The notes: generated by a model from the letters alone, not told the origin. 64,000 nucleotides of DNA from a virus (IMGVR_UViG_3300030060_002561:1-64000); one strand, 5' to 3'. Shown: positions 48,701 through 57,507, counted from the stretch's first letter. Translations and numbers: made by a program.

Positions 48701-48713
48701 CATCAACCGTCAT
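45708..48713 (-). CDS. Large acidic hypothetical protein (~1000 aa), possible ejection/internal protein
   Basis: Start moved to ATG 48713 (ATGA overlap with the upstream stop); HTH-like C-terminus SLAKKYGVPSDSVYYLK. Confidence 0.65.
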   Translation of the reverse strand: MTVDESEFAMWLKSSMDEIEDFYLAQIGKEYLEGGSKYNPRNIKQDLPKGQELTGDNLDSVFQAQIGEQIDGELDVLMENKKREYKREKDLLYRYLIDDSNGFTSTKKDESKLILSVDGDYTVQPHIGETVRDIQSKGLLFDDFKDAIRPLLKTTLRGTNIGKSLFEEQLRYAVTQLSGEKGMKAGDLTSSFEGDVQAVTRVLGRFINLVSSKPMSVSERKQVMQGERDASGFVYRPEDKTQARQHLRVMEDQTSSQLEPLTNQIRQFIEEDEEADIKITRASISGEYLIGDLNLADLESRDEIYKYWEGVATKDFKNLQTKYDDLRKAFLKHKDILIGEGENLNEPLSELIDEYLEFDAKFESAYDDGMNYVLPFKASPMQAAAKDSSDKVRTLFDTFLREMNLVDTGSKTELDMETLRERLLEIGAVERDETRTTVTQRGQGEDETTSASARTEIGTDGKRPIEDAGAQYRLARQSEKARYLESIGETVREIDELIEAKEKFDFDALAEDVDPLFAYAFSKDGSAFKNTAILERELNKLKIGLETNIFGLDLDYDERITDWIESLSKVATQGDTRQIYYLPLSATLEEIILGKSRESKGKALFRIIEAVSPRRLETNKKNISQFLELMASFVEKGDRRSGPSSSVRTKTSQQAITTDPMGIDSIFPARSNDESYLNDIQTVRREFDDLLDAVIDYYVIPIEGMYMPFDDDSSFISEQTSGGVFGALTKGMVDDGLFAVMAKEKEDGTFVDREDIIDFADVLKTLSEPSFAENAKGFKSIIVDLQKDVMIRVFGQSPKSTLGERMKEELGSYFFHMAKRNNVDGYEDILLWNTPARVWKDRHKENPRKAAAPFISFVNHVRRNAGGSGKGSKSGTGSDKGRYLREKGRGSDDSELREALQVFNEIRERFNITKSIEEMRVLAAHDGIRKMLGKPIYYGTSNLDDFGHIAKAQDTLVKSYNVDISAVEIENIVNEFDSMESLAKKYGVPSDSVYYLKANFR

Positions 48714-50614
48714 ACTGCCACCTGCGTCTTCAGCCAACTAGCCATGTTAAATTGTCCTTTTGTTGGATATTTTTGTGGATTTGCCAAAATTCTATTCATC
48801 TTTATGCGAAGCATTTCTAAAAATTTGCTTCTGATGGTCGAATACTTGCTACTTAATGCAGTCTCAAGTGCTTCCTTCTTCTCTTCCACTTCTTTCCTGT
48901 TCTGTTCGATGATTTCCGCATTGGTATCTTCATCATCACCTTCGTCTGCTACGAATTGCAAGAATCCAAAGTAATCCTTAGCGGCTTGCTCGACTTCCTT
49001 GCTTTGTAGGGTTGCCTTCTCCAAAGTAGATAGAACTACGATAATCTTACCAAGACTCAGACTCGTTGGGTCACTCTCCTTGATATTCCTCTTTATCTTC
49101 TTCCAGTACCTAGTTGGAACCGTGGTTGTTCCCTCAAAAGTTCTTGCGCCCCTTGAACCAGTCTTATCTAGTAAGTTCAATGCCTCTTGAGCCATTTTTT
49201 CTCTCTGAGACTCGACTGATTCAGAAAAAAGAGCAGAAATTGCGTCTTTGTCTTCTTCGATGGTGTTTGCTTCTGGATTTAGAACGTATCTTCCGCCCTC
49301 TCCGCTTTTTTCCATCTTTTTCAGTGCTTTTTGCATTGGAGAAAGGAACTCAAACACCTCATCTCTCGATTTACCTTCCAAAACATGTGAAAATTCAGAA
49401 TTTTTCAATTTTCGCAGGGAAGAACGGCTAATGGACTCGGTATCTATCTCACTTTCATCTAAAATCAGTGCTTCGTAGTCATTTTCTGGTATCGAGAACC
49501 TCTGAGACTCGACCATTGCTTTGAATTCATTCAAACGAGGCGTATTTTTACTCAATTGCTGTAAAAACTTCTTTTTATCGGTGATATTTTCTCCGAAGAG
49601 CCTTGCAAGAGCCGAAAGTCCCTCTCCTTCTGGGTTGTTCTCATATTCTCTCTTCAAATTGGCAAAAACATTGTTCTCTGCCCTACTTTTCCTACCGATA
49701 TTGTCAATATTACCTAGTTGCTCATTCTCTAGGATGTAAATCATACCCGGAGACAGGATTTTGTCTCTAATGAATATGTCATTGAAGAAATCATCCTTAC
49801 CTGCTAATGACAACCCCTTCCTAAATGGCAAAAACTCAGTTCTACCTGCAAATTTGGAACTTCTACCAGAAGAGCCTACCTTGTTGCCTACTTCCTCCAA
49901 GTATCGTACTGCGAACTGTCCTGTGATGTCACCAACCTGCTGACTCTCTGCTTGCATCGCTTCTGAGAAACCCGCTTTCTCAAACAGGGCAGTTATTTCC
50001 TCGTTCGCTAGTTCCTCTACCTTATCCAACAGTTCGTCATTCTTGTTCTCCCATGCTCTTAGGTCTTTCAAGAATCGGTGATACTTTTGTTGTCCAGTAT
50101 CTAGTTTCTCTTCAAGTGCTTGCTTCATTCTATCTACAAGAGGTTGAGTGTCTCCATTGACGAACTTCCTAGCAAGTTGGGATACCTCTGGAGATATCGT
50201 TCTACCACCACTAGTTAGACTCTTTATCGCATCCATCGCCTGTTTGTAGTTGGCTCTCCACTCATCATCCATCAGCATATCTTCATCGTTATACTCTAAG
50301 AATTCCTCATCGCTCATGTCGTTGAACTTGCTCATCTCTCCTACCAAGACTCTCTTTACAGAACGAAGGTCAAGCATCCTGTCCTTTATTGCTTGAATGA
50401 ATTGTGCATCATCTAGTAACTTGACATCACGCTTTTCCTTTGGGTCTTCTTGTGGCCCATATCTGAAAGACCTACGTTCAAGGCCACTAAGCACACTGAA
50501 GATTTTGGCTTTCGTGGAACTCTTTCTCCAACTGTTAACTGATTTGGCAGGGTCAACCTTCTTGGGGGTTTTCTCAGATTCTATATCTGCCCTAAGTAGG
50601 TCTTGCCATGACAT
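48710..50614 (-). CDS. Helical hypothetical protein with MSWQDLLR tag (634 aa)
   Basis: Long intact ORF with the N-terminal W-tag. Confidence 0.7.
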   Translation of the reverse strand: MSWQDLLRADIESEKTPKKVDPAKSVNSWRKSSTKAKIFSVLSGLERRSFRYGPQEDPKEKRDVKLLDDAQFIQAIKDRMLDLRSVKRVLVGEMSKFNDMSDEEFLEYNDEDMLMDDEWRANYKQAMDAIKSLTSGGRTISPEVSQLARKFVNGDTQPLVDRMKQALEEKLDTGQQKYHRFLKDLRAWENKNDELLDKVEELANEEITALFEKAGFSEAMQAESQQVGDITGQFAVRYLEEVGNKVGSSGRSSKFAGRTEFLPFRKGLSLAGKDDFFNDIFIRDKILSPGMIYILENEQLGNIDNIGRKSRAENNVFANLKREYENNPEGEGLSALARLFGENITDKKKFLQQLSKNTPRLNEFKAMVESQRFSIPENDYEALILDESEIDTESISRSSLRKLKNSEFSHVLEGKSRDEVFEFLSPMQKALKKMEKSGEGGRYVLNPEANTIEEDKDAISALFSESVESQREKMAQEALNLLDKTGSRGARTFEGTTTVPTRYWKKIKRNIKESDPTSLSLGKIIVVLSTLEKATLQSKEVEQAAKDYFGFLQFVADEGDDEDTNAEIIEQNRKEVEEKKEALETALSSKYSTIRSKFLEMLRIKMNRILANPQKYPTKGQFNMASWLKTQVAV

Positions 50615-50616
50615 AT

Positions 50617-50913
50617 CTATTCCTGCCTTGACTTCTTATTCCTTTCTTTTATTCTAGCCAGAAGTTCCGCTTCATTCTCTTTGGTTCTCTTGGCGGCTTC
50701 TTCATCTTGACCTGTAGATGGCGTTGTAGATACTCTCTCCTGTGGTGTCTTAGACTCCCCCATGACATGTCTCACGTATTGTTGAATTTCATCCTCAGTT
50801 AACGGTTCTGGTCGCACAGCAATCCCTAATCTCTTTGCATCTTCCCTAAAGTTACCACTAGGTACGAAATCCTTTGGCAATTCTTTTTTCTTTATCACTT
50901 CTTTCCATTTCAT
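50617..50913 (-). CDS. Hypothetical protein with MKWKEVIK tag
   Basis: 98-aa charged ORF in the operon. Confidence 0.65.
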   Translation of the reverse strand: MKWKEVIKKKELPKDFVPSGNFREDAKRLGIAVRPEPLTEDEIQQYVRHVMGESKTPQERVSTTPSTGQDEEAAKRTKENEAELLARIKERNKKSRQE

Positions 50914-50968
50914 CTGTATATCTCTCCTTGGTTATACCATGTCTCAAAATCTATCTTAGTTGTAAATA

Positions 50969-51325
50969 TCATTCTATGTACTCACCTTTGACTTTCTCAT
51001 ATACTCTACGAACCTCTTCCTCATTCTCATACTCACCGTTAGGATACATAGTTACGGGGTTAATAGCGTAATCTGCTACTTCTTCGTCTGACATCGTTCT
51101 CCACGTATCTTCTATCTCCTTGGCATCCTTAACAGGGTCCAATTTTTCCATATACTCTATGAATTCATAGAATTCCTTTGCCTCTTCTGCTCTACTACCG
51201 TCTTCAACAGGACTTTCATACCTTCTAGCAAACACATACAAGTCGTATATGAAAGCCTTGTATATCTCTCTGAGCATTTCATTTAGTGAAATTTCCTCCG
51301 CTTTCAGAATATCTTTCCAACTCAT
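50969..51325 (-). CDS. Acidic hypothetical protein with MSWKDILK tag
   Basis: 118 aa; coupled to the upstream gene. Confidence 0.7.
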   Translation of the reverse strand: MSWKDILKAEEISLNEMLREIYKAFIYDLYVFARRYESPVEDGSRAEEAKEFYEFIEYMEKLDPVKDAKEIEDTWRTMSDEEVADYAINPVTMYPNGEYENEEEVRRVYEKVKGEYIE

Positions 51326-51978
51326 TGTAACTTATCCTCCATCTGCTTCCTCACATCCAACCATACATCTGGATGGTTCTGTGCTAGAACCTCCTTGATT
51401 ACTTGCATCTGGTGAACGATAACTGTGTCTTGCCTCTTGTGAACCAACTTGCCCTTGAACTCCATGAGGTACTTGAGGCTCTCACGAATCTCCTTTGCCA
51501 ACTTGGTTAGAGAGTCAATGTACTTCGGGTCAAGTGCATCCTGTGCGAACAACTCATCCACCTTGGCCTCAAGCCTGTTGATGTTGTTGCTTAGAGTATC
51601 TATCTCATTGACTTCCTTCTGTGCAATTAGGTTCGCCGCAGATTGTTGTACCAATGGTTGTAGGTGATGTGTCATGTGCCTGAACACTTGGTCGTCTGTG
51701 CAACCTAGGAAATCAGCAACCTCAGACGGTGATATTTCGCCAGAGTGAATTCTCGTTTCCAACTCAGAGCGACTCTCGGAAGTGCATAGTACACACTTTG
51801 GATTCGCAGACTTGGTGTATCCTGTCATGTGGTTCCTCTGGTGTTTGGCAGATGTCCCACTAGGCCAGTTCTCCAATCTATCTAACTCATCAGCAGTAAT
51901 TACCATGTCATCTAGGTCTGCCTCAAGTTGGTCACGATTCTCATGTTGGCAGAGTTGACATCGCTTTCTGGTAATCAT
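51322..51978 (-). CDS. Tandem Zn/HTH DNA-binding protein with coiled coil; candidate terminase small subunit
   Basis: Two CxxC...HxxxH units (CQLC..HQRNH; CVLC..HMTHH) enclosing HTH-like helices, then an oligomerisation coil. TerS role inferred from architecture and position upstream of terL. Confidence 0.55.
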   Translation of the reverse strand: MITRKRCQLCQHENRDQLEADLDDMVITADELDRLENWPSGTSAKHQRNHMTGYTKSANPKCVLCTSESRSELETRIHSGEISPSEVADFLGCTDDQVFRHMTHHLQPLVQQSAANLIAQKEVNEIDTLSNNINRLEAKVDELFAQDALDPKYIDSLTKLAKEIRESLKYLMEFKGKLVHKRQDTVIVHQMQVIKEVLAQNHPDVWLDVRKQMEDKLQ

Positions 51979-51982
51979 GTAA

Positions 51983-53215
51983 TCACTCTGTCTTCAATGT
52001 ATTGAACCACTCACTCTTGTTCATGCTAGTTTCCATTTCGTCATCGGCTTCCTCTTCTGGGTCAACCGTGAATTCCTTTCCTCTTGTTCTGGGTTCTCCA
52101 GTCTCTGGGTCTGGTGGCCCTTGTGACATGTTAGGTGCAGGTGCGGGTGTCTGTGGAATCATTGGCATTCCTATTCCCATTGAAGCAGGGTCCATTCCAG
52201 ACATGTCCATTGGAGGTGGCGCACCCGGAGGTTCTGCTAGTGGTGGAACAGGCGGTTGCTTGTTCACTCGGTAGTGGTCGTTCTCTTGGTCTGGGTCTAC
52301 TCCTTTTCTCATTTCTTGTTCCTCCGTGTTAGATGGATTATATCTATCTCCGTACATTAATCGGCTAAACCAATTACTTGCGGCAGATGACTTTCTTCCT
52401 CTCTTTGTTGGCATGGGAAGTGCCTTACCTGTCTTTAGGTCGTTAATTCCTCCACTATACAGGTTCTCTATTTGATTCTCAATGGCTCTAATCTGACCAT
52501 CGCTTAAGCCTTCCAATTTGTCTGGGTTGCTTAGTGTAGCCTCTAATTCTTGAATCTGTGATATAACTTTCTCATCTTCAGCAGTTATGTTCATCTTATC
52601 CTTGTCTTTCTTAGAACCGTCTGGATTGATGTTTCTAGTTAGGAAACTCCTTGCTCTAGCATCCGTAGCATAATCTCCCATCTCTGATTGTATCCTAGAT
52701 TGTTTAGCCTGATTTTCTTCGCTGAGTTGTTGACCACTTGCTAATCTAGTCGCAGGGTCTGCTACTCTCTGTCCTATCGCACTAGCATATCTTGCCGCCT
52801 GTTCTCTCCCCGGTTTAGTAATCCTATCTGCCGCACCGCCAGTTACTGTGTTTACTGTCGAAGCAATATTACTAGGGCGCATAGCATCCATGGCACTCCC
52901 GATTGCTGGAATTACCTTGCCGGGTAAACTTGCGACATTTGATACTGTTTGCATGTTTGGTAGTGAAGGTTCACCTAGTAACCGAGAGGCTTGTTGTCCT
53001 ATCTTGGCCTTAGCACCTTCCATTAATTTACGTTTATTAGCCGCTTCAATCTCTTTCTGTCTTGCTAGTTCTACTTGTTTCTTTTGTTTCGCGGCCTCGG
53101 CTTTTGCTCTAGCCGCTTCTGTCTGGGCTTGTTGTTGTGCAAAGAACGCGAAGTTGTCATCTTGCATTTTACCTCGTTCCTCATCAGTTTGCTTTAACAC
53201 AGCCGTCCAACTCAT
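51983..53215 (-). CDS. Q/A/P-rich hypothetical protein with W-tags at both ends
   Basis: Starts MSWTAVLKQ and ends KSEWFNTLKTE. Confidence 0.7.
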   Translation of the reverse strand: MSWTAVLKQTDEERGKMQDDNFAFFAQQQAQTEAARAKAEAAKQKKQVELARQKEIEAANKRKLMEGAKAKIGQQASRLLGEPSLPNMQTVSNVASLPGKVIPAIGSAMDAMRPSNIASTVNTVTGGAADRITKPGREQAARYASAIGQRVADPATRLASGQQLSEENQAKQSRIQSEMGDYATDARARSFLTRNINPDGSKKDKDKMNITAEDEKVISQIQELEATLSNPDKLEGLSDGQIRAIENQIENLYSGGINDLKTGKALPMPTKRGRKSSAASNWFSRLMYGDRYNPSNTEEQEMRKGVDPDQENDHYRVNKQPPVPPLAEPPGAPPPMDMSGMDPASMGIGMPMIPQTPAPAPNMSQGPPDPETGEPRTRGKEFTVDPEEEADDEMETSMNKSEWFNTLKTE

Positions 53216-53298
53216 TTTCTACCACCGCCACCACAGTATGGACATACGGTGATTGCAAGATTCTCTCTTGATATCTTCATATCACAGCAAGTTAACAT
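53212..53298 (-). CDS. 28-aa Cys-rich microprotein (Zn-ribbon-like; not in ORF track)
   Basis: MLTCCDMKISRENLAITVCPYCGGGGRK; overlaps both neighbours; GGAGG upstream. Confidence 0.45.
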   Translation of the reverse strand: MLTCCDMKISRENLAITVCPYCGGGGRK

Positions 53299-54638
53299 TT
53301 GAGAATTTCCTCCCATGACTTCTTCATGTTCTTCTCCCCATCCTTCTTCTGCTTGTATTCCTCTGCTCTCTGTCGAGATGCTTGTTGCGCTCTCTCCTGC
53401 TTCAAGGATACGAACAGGTATAGCGTGTCTGCACCTGTACCTAGTTTCGGCAAGTCGTTATCTAGAACCAGATTCGCCTTCTTCATGAAATGGAACATCA
53501 GTCTGTTGACCTGCTTCCTAGCAGGGAATGATATCCAGATAAAATCTAATTCTATGTTCTCCCTCAGACCTGCTAGTTCTTGCGCTTCGTCACTCTCACC
53601 ATCTGTGGGTATGGGGTTTCTCTCAAACTCGCTTGCTACCTCAGACCAGTTCAAGGTTCCAGACCTGCGAACGTACTTGCTCTGTCTCTTCTGGGATTTG
53701 ATGTCGTCAATTATCTCGTTGGCTATGTCCTCTACGCCATCTAGTTTGACTGCTTTCTGCCAACTGCCCTTACCTGCCGTTGACTGAATCTTGATTCTGT
53801 TCTGCTTGGGTATTCCACCACCCGCACCTGTTGACTTGCCCCATGACTCCCTTAGTTCCTTGACAATTGTATACAGGCTTTCACTCTTGAATTCACCAGT
53901 ACCATCACCATACATGGCTTGCCACATAGGAGGCTTTGCTTGCCCTTTGGTGGGTTTGTACCAATCTTCTGGCGCGGCCTTTCCCCAATTTCTTCCCTCA
54001 AACTGGTCACCAAGAGCATCTGCCCTCGTATCTATCCTATCCACATACTCCGGGGTAACGTAGTGTCCGTAAACTGGCTCGGTGTCTATGGTAATTCCAG
54101 CATCATTGAAATCTGTGGGATTACTGAACATCACGTTCTGTGGATTGAGATTGCTTTCTGACCTATCTACCTCTTTCATCAATGCTTCCAGTTTCTTCAG
54201 CGCGGTAAGGTTCTGTCCGGGCAGACTCTTACCCGGTTTTGACAGTTTATCCAGAACATCGAGCATGGCACTACCGCTTCTCTCACCAGTACCTTGGGGG
54301 CCGCCTCCCTTCGTTCTACCTGTGATTCCATGAGCCTCTATTATCTTCAGGAGATTGTCTCCACTTGCTACGAATAACTTGTCACCGGAGAGACTCTTTG
54401 CGGCATTCTTCCACTTCTTCAACCGCTTGGCTAAATCGTTCAATCCGCCGGGTAGCGGAACCATCACTATTTGCCCGCTTGCATCAGTTATGGGGATTAA
54501 CTCAGCCTTCCTTATCTCGCCGTTTCCTGCGCTTCTTTTTCTTGTTCGCAATTGAGTAGCCCCCCGTTTTATTGTTGAATAATGCACTTGTTCCAGAAGA
54601 GGTGCTTGTGACAGCACCCGCCATTCTGAGTATGTCAA
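53292..54638 (-). CDS. Hypothetical protein (true start uncertain, probably near 54500), C-terminal SWEEILK tag
   Basis: Long ORF; the first ~45 codons overlap another plausible gene. Confidence 0.6.
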   Translation of the reverse strand: MTYSEWRVLSQAPLLEQVHYSTIKRGATQLRTRKRSAGNGEIRKAELIPITDASGQIVMVPLPGGLNDLAKRLKKWKNAAKSLSGDKLFVASGDNLLKIIEAHGITGRTKGGGPQGTGERSGSAMLDVLDKLSKPGKSLPGQNLTALKKLEALMKEVDRSESNLNPQNVMFSNPTDFNDAGITIDTEPVYGHYVTPEYVDRIDTRADALGDQFEGRNWGKAAPEDWYKPTKGQAKPPMWQAMYGDGTGEFKSESLYTIVKELRESWGKSTGAGGGIPKQNRIKIQSTAGKGSWQKAVKLDGVEDIANEIIDDIKSQKRQSKYVRRSGTLNWSEVASEFERNPIPTDGESDEAQELAGLRENIELDFIWISFPARKQVNRLMFHFMKKANLVLDNDLPKLGTGADTLYLFVSLKQERAQQASRQRAEEYKQKKDGEKNMKKSWEEILKC

Positions 54639-54684
54639 ACCATGCCTCGTTATTCATTCTTGTCTTTGAGGGTGCTTTTGACAT
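54502..54684 (-). CDS. Small basic protein with AWFDILR tag and poly-basic C-terminus
   Basis: AGGTGA SD before MSKAPSK; ends KKKKRRKRRDKEG. Confidence 0.55.
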   Translation of the reverse strand: MSKAPSKTRMNNEAWFDILRMAGAVTSTSSGTSALFNNKTGGYSIANKKKKRRKRRDKEG

Positions 54685-54815
54685 CTTATCACCTGTTAGT
54701 TGGTAGAGCAAACAAAGATTCTCAAAAATTGGGCCGTAATTTTTGTGCCACTAGCGAAATTTTACCTTCCTACCTTGCCCCATTCCCAAGATAAGGTTCA
54801 CCTTCTAGGTAGAAA

Positions 54816-55058
54816 TTAATATTCACCTAGTTTAGTTTGCTTCAAGTTACCTCCTTCTTCTACTCCCTTCGCGGGAACTACCTTTGGATTGCGTCTTTTT
54901 ATCTCTTTTACCTGTTCTTCCGATAACGCAGTATCTAGGAGTTCTTGGGGCAAGGTAGTTTGTTCTTTTGTATGGGTAGCCCGTTTTTTATTGCTACCTT
55001 TTTTACCCGCTTCATCATCTTGCTTGATAATGTTAAACCAAGATGAGTTAGATACCAT
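54816..55058 (-). CDS. Small basic protein with SWFNIIK tag
   Basis: 80 aa; first gene of the long minus-strand structural arm. Confidence 0.6.
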   Translation of the reverse strand: MVSNSSWFNIIKQDDEAGKKGSNKKRATHTKEQTTLPQELLDTALSEEQVKEIKRRNPKVVPAKGVEEGGNLKQTKLGEY

Positions 55059-55203
55059 TGGTAGGCCCGAAACTTACCAATTAGATTAACCTTGGCCCAC
55101 CATTTTCTATCTACCTAAGAAAAAAATTTGAACTGCAAAGCCATATGGTTGTAGGATACTTTGTTAGGATAATCATACCTGATGGGAGGGGAGAGAAGAT
55201 TAC

Positions 55204-55539
55204 CTATCTTCCCTCCGCCTCCTTTGCGAGTCTCTCTGCTTCCCTGTCCAGTAATACTTGGTGCTTCTCTGAAATGGGCCAGTGAGGATACTGTGATGCG
55301 AGCCTTTGAGCAAACCAGAGGTTAACCTTGGACTCTTGGACCTTGCCTCTTTTGTCCTCAAAGCGGGTTCTCCAAGAAGCATACCTGTTCCAGTACGCCC
55401 TTTGTCCTTGTTTCCTACTGATGGTGTCTCCTGCCTTACCTTCAACTACTTCCTTGTGTCTGTTAGACCAAGTGTTAGTGTTTCTGCCTTTGATGGTAGG
55501 TTTATCTTCTGCGTAGTCAAACTCAGGATTGTAAGTCAT
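55204..55539 (-). CDS. Hypothetical basic protein (111 aa), cassette 1
   Basis: ATG 55539 in a TGATG overlap with the upstream gene. Confidence 0.6.
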   Translation of the reverse strand: MTYNPEFDYAEDKPTIKGRNTNTWSNRHKEVVEGKAGDTISRKQGQRAYWNRYASWRTRFEDKRGKVQESKVNLWFAQRLASQYPHWPISEKHQVLLDREAERLAKEAEGR

Positions 55540-55793
55540 CAGGGTTGACCTCCCTTTGAGAACTGCCAACCGTTTCCTATCCTCTCTTCTAAGTCTTCCA
55601 TCTTAGTTTCCATCCAGATAAGACTCTCAATCCATCCACAGTGAATGTAGTAATCGTTAGGCAACGGGTTTCGTGTTGTACCTGTCTTTATCCTATGCTC
55701 GATTATACTATCCATCATCATTCGGATGTCACTCTTAGCAATCTCTATTTCATCACACATTATTTCTAGATTAGTTCTCCTAGTTTTGTTCAT
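55539..55793 (-). CDS. Hypothetical protein (84 aa), cassette 1
   Basis: Start moved to ATG 55793 (MNKTRR), about 25 nt after a CCTTAT TATA-like box. Confidence 0.55.
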   Translation of the reverse strand: MNKTRRTNLEIMCDEIEIAKSDIRMMMDSIIEHRIKTGTTRNPLPNDYYIHCGWIESLIWMETKMEDLEERIGNGWQFSKGGQP

Positions 55794-55887
55794 GTCTGTA
55801 TCTGGCAATGCGAGATGATAAGGTGAGTTGACAAAGTTACTACCATATGGTATTGTACACTTTGCTCTGGACAAGCACCTGAAGTTT

Positions 55888-55962
55888 GTCGGGGGAAGGA
55901 GTTTAATTGCTGAATTTGCGAGTTAATTCAATGTTCAAGGACAGCAATCTCCAACCCCCGAC
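55888..55962. other. Long imperfect stem-loop
   Basis: GTCGGGGG/CCCCCGAC, GGAG/CTCC and ATTGCTG/CAGCAAT nested pairings. Confidence 0.6.
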
Positions 55963-56210
55963 TAGGAGTTTATCTATAGGACATCCGGAAGGTAGAGGTT
56001 CACCTAGAATGTGTTAAGCAGGAATTTCGGAATCACGCTTTTCGCGTACCTTAGTCTTACCATCGAATACTTCTCTCAACCCAACTAATTGCCTAGGGTA
56101 AGTTGGTTGTTAGCGAGGGCTATGGAGTTTCGCGTTGCTACCCATTTGTCATAACATGCGTATTCATCATGGGTGTGGAAACTTATCCTTCCTTCAGTCC
56201 TATAGGAGTG

Positions 56211-56402
56211 TTATTTGTGGAACTCTTCAACAGAATCGTTGAAACTGCGAAGAGCCGCGTATATTTCTTGTAGGGCCGTGTTCAAGTCATCACTTCTAAC
56301 CTTGAGTGACTTCAACACTACTACATGATTAGAGCCAGACTTAGAATGTCCGACATCTATCTCATATTGATACTGTTTCAAATCTACTTGTCCAGTATTC
56401 AT
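56211..56402 (-). CDS. Hypothetical protein (63 aa), cassette 2
   Basis: ATGA overlap with the upstream gene; GGTGG SD. Confidence 0.55.
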   Translation of the reverse strand: MNTGQVDLKQYQYEIDVGHSKSGSNHVVVLKSLKVRSDDLNTALQEIYAALRSFNDSVEEFHK

Positions 56403-56665
56403 CTATCCACCCCATCCAGTTGAAAGAGATGTTTACCGTCTGCATCTATTGTGAAGACACCAAGTAGCCTGTTACCTGTTCGTGCGTTAGAACCACCAGT
56501 TGACCATACTATGAACCAGTCTTTGTTTGATTCTGCGTCAAAGTATGCTCTTACCTTGATTCCAGACTCCCAACCGTTGCTAGTCATTGTTAAGCCGCTT
56601 GATTTAGTACCAAGTCTTGACGCTTCGCCTCTGTTACCTTGTATTGTGCCTCTGTATTGTGCCAT
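56399..56665 (-). CDS. Hypothetical beta-rich protein (88 aa), cassette 2
   Basis: ATG about 25 nt after a CCTTAA box downstream of palindrome 3. Confidence 0.65.
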   Translation of the reverse strand: MAQYRGTIQGNRGEASRLGTKSSGLTMTSNGWESGIKVRAYFDAESNKDWFIVWSTGGSNARTGNRLLGVFTIDADGKHLFQLDGVDR

Positions 56666-56833
56666 GGTTCCCTATGGCCTATCGGGGTTAAGGTAATTAG
56701 CGAGCAAAGTGCTACTACCATATGGTTTGTAATTACTTTGCTATCGGAAAATTCCTCAAGTTGGCCCACAGTGGGGAGGTCGGTGTTCTGACCCCCCCTC
56801 TGGGGTTATGTGGTTCCTCGGTACTCGGTTCGC

Positions 56834-57433
56834 CTACTTAGAGGACTTCTTGGCCTTCTTCTTAGGTTTCTCCGGCCTATCCGCGAGCGGGATTTGGGTG
56901 AAGGCGACTGTCCAAGACCAATCCTCGCTCTCTGGCTCGTAGGTGCCATCCCAACAGCGACCATATGCATCCCCGGTCCTAGGTTCTGCATTGTGACCCC
57001 TAAACTGAGCATTCAGAGCGTTTCTGATTGCCGTTTCATCTCTCTGGGAGAATTGTGAGCCACTAATGAACCATCCACCATCGGAACGGCCCGAAGCAGT
57101 CTCAACAATCTTCACGGAGACATTATTCTCCCAAGACCGGGTTCTCTCTGCCTTGATATCGGTAATAATTGCCTCTCGGCTCACTATCATCTCGGCAGTT
57201 AGACCAACTGGTATCTTCACGGTGACGAAGGGTGAGTCTGGAAGGTCTTCAAAGACCTCCTTGATTGATGTACTTAGCCTACCTCGCCTTGTTGACATCT
57301 TGTCTCCCTTGTCCAACCACTTGTGTACGACCTTCAACTCTGCTTTCTGCTCTTTGTTAAGGTCTGGGTGGTCTTTCTCCCAATCTTCCACTTTCTTTCT
57401 TGTTTCTTTCCATTCTTCATCGCTTATTGCCAT
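56834..57433 (-). CDS. Hypothetical protein (199 aa), cassette 3; paralogue of 57984-58454
   Basis: Follows a CCCTATATACCC box; shares KG..R..R..T...E...D..DSP and WDG with the plus-strand gene. Confidence 0.75.
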   Translation of the reverse strand: MAISDEEWKETRKKVEDWEKDHPDLNKEQKAELKVVHKWLDKGDKMSTRRGRLSTSIKEVFEDLPDSPFVTVKIPVGLTAEMIVSREAIITDIKAERTRSWENNVSVKIVETASGRSDGGWFISGSQFSQRDETAIRNALNAQFRGHNAEPRTGDAYGRCWDGTYEPESEDWSWTVAFTQIPLADRPEKPKKKAKKSSK

Positions 57434-57451
57434 GTATCACCTAATACCGAC

Positions 57452-57507
57452 ATGGGTATATAGGGTAATGAACAAAAGTAACAACCATATGGTTTGTACA
57501 TACTTTG
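57452..57507 (-). promoter_or_regulatory. Representative cassette promoter: palindrome plus archaeal TATA-like box
   Basis: Minus strand ACCATATGGTTGTTACTTTTG-N-CCCTATATACCC-~20 nt-ATG. The same geometry occurs before 55793, 56665 and 57832, and a similar box follows palindrome 5 on the plus strand. Confidence 0.65.

Noticed and set aside
239-54560. Numerous plus-strand ORFs in the track (e.g. 1835-2932, 365 aa)
   Set aside because: They are antisense shadows of the long minus-strand genes: fixed frame relationship, S/V/L/F-biased translations and no SD motifs.
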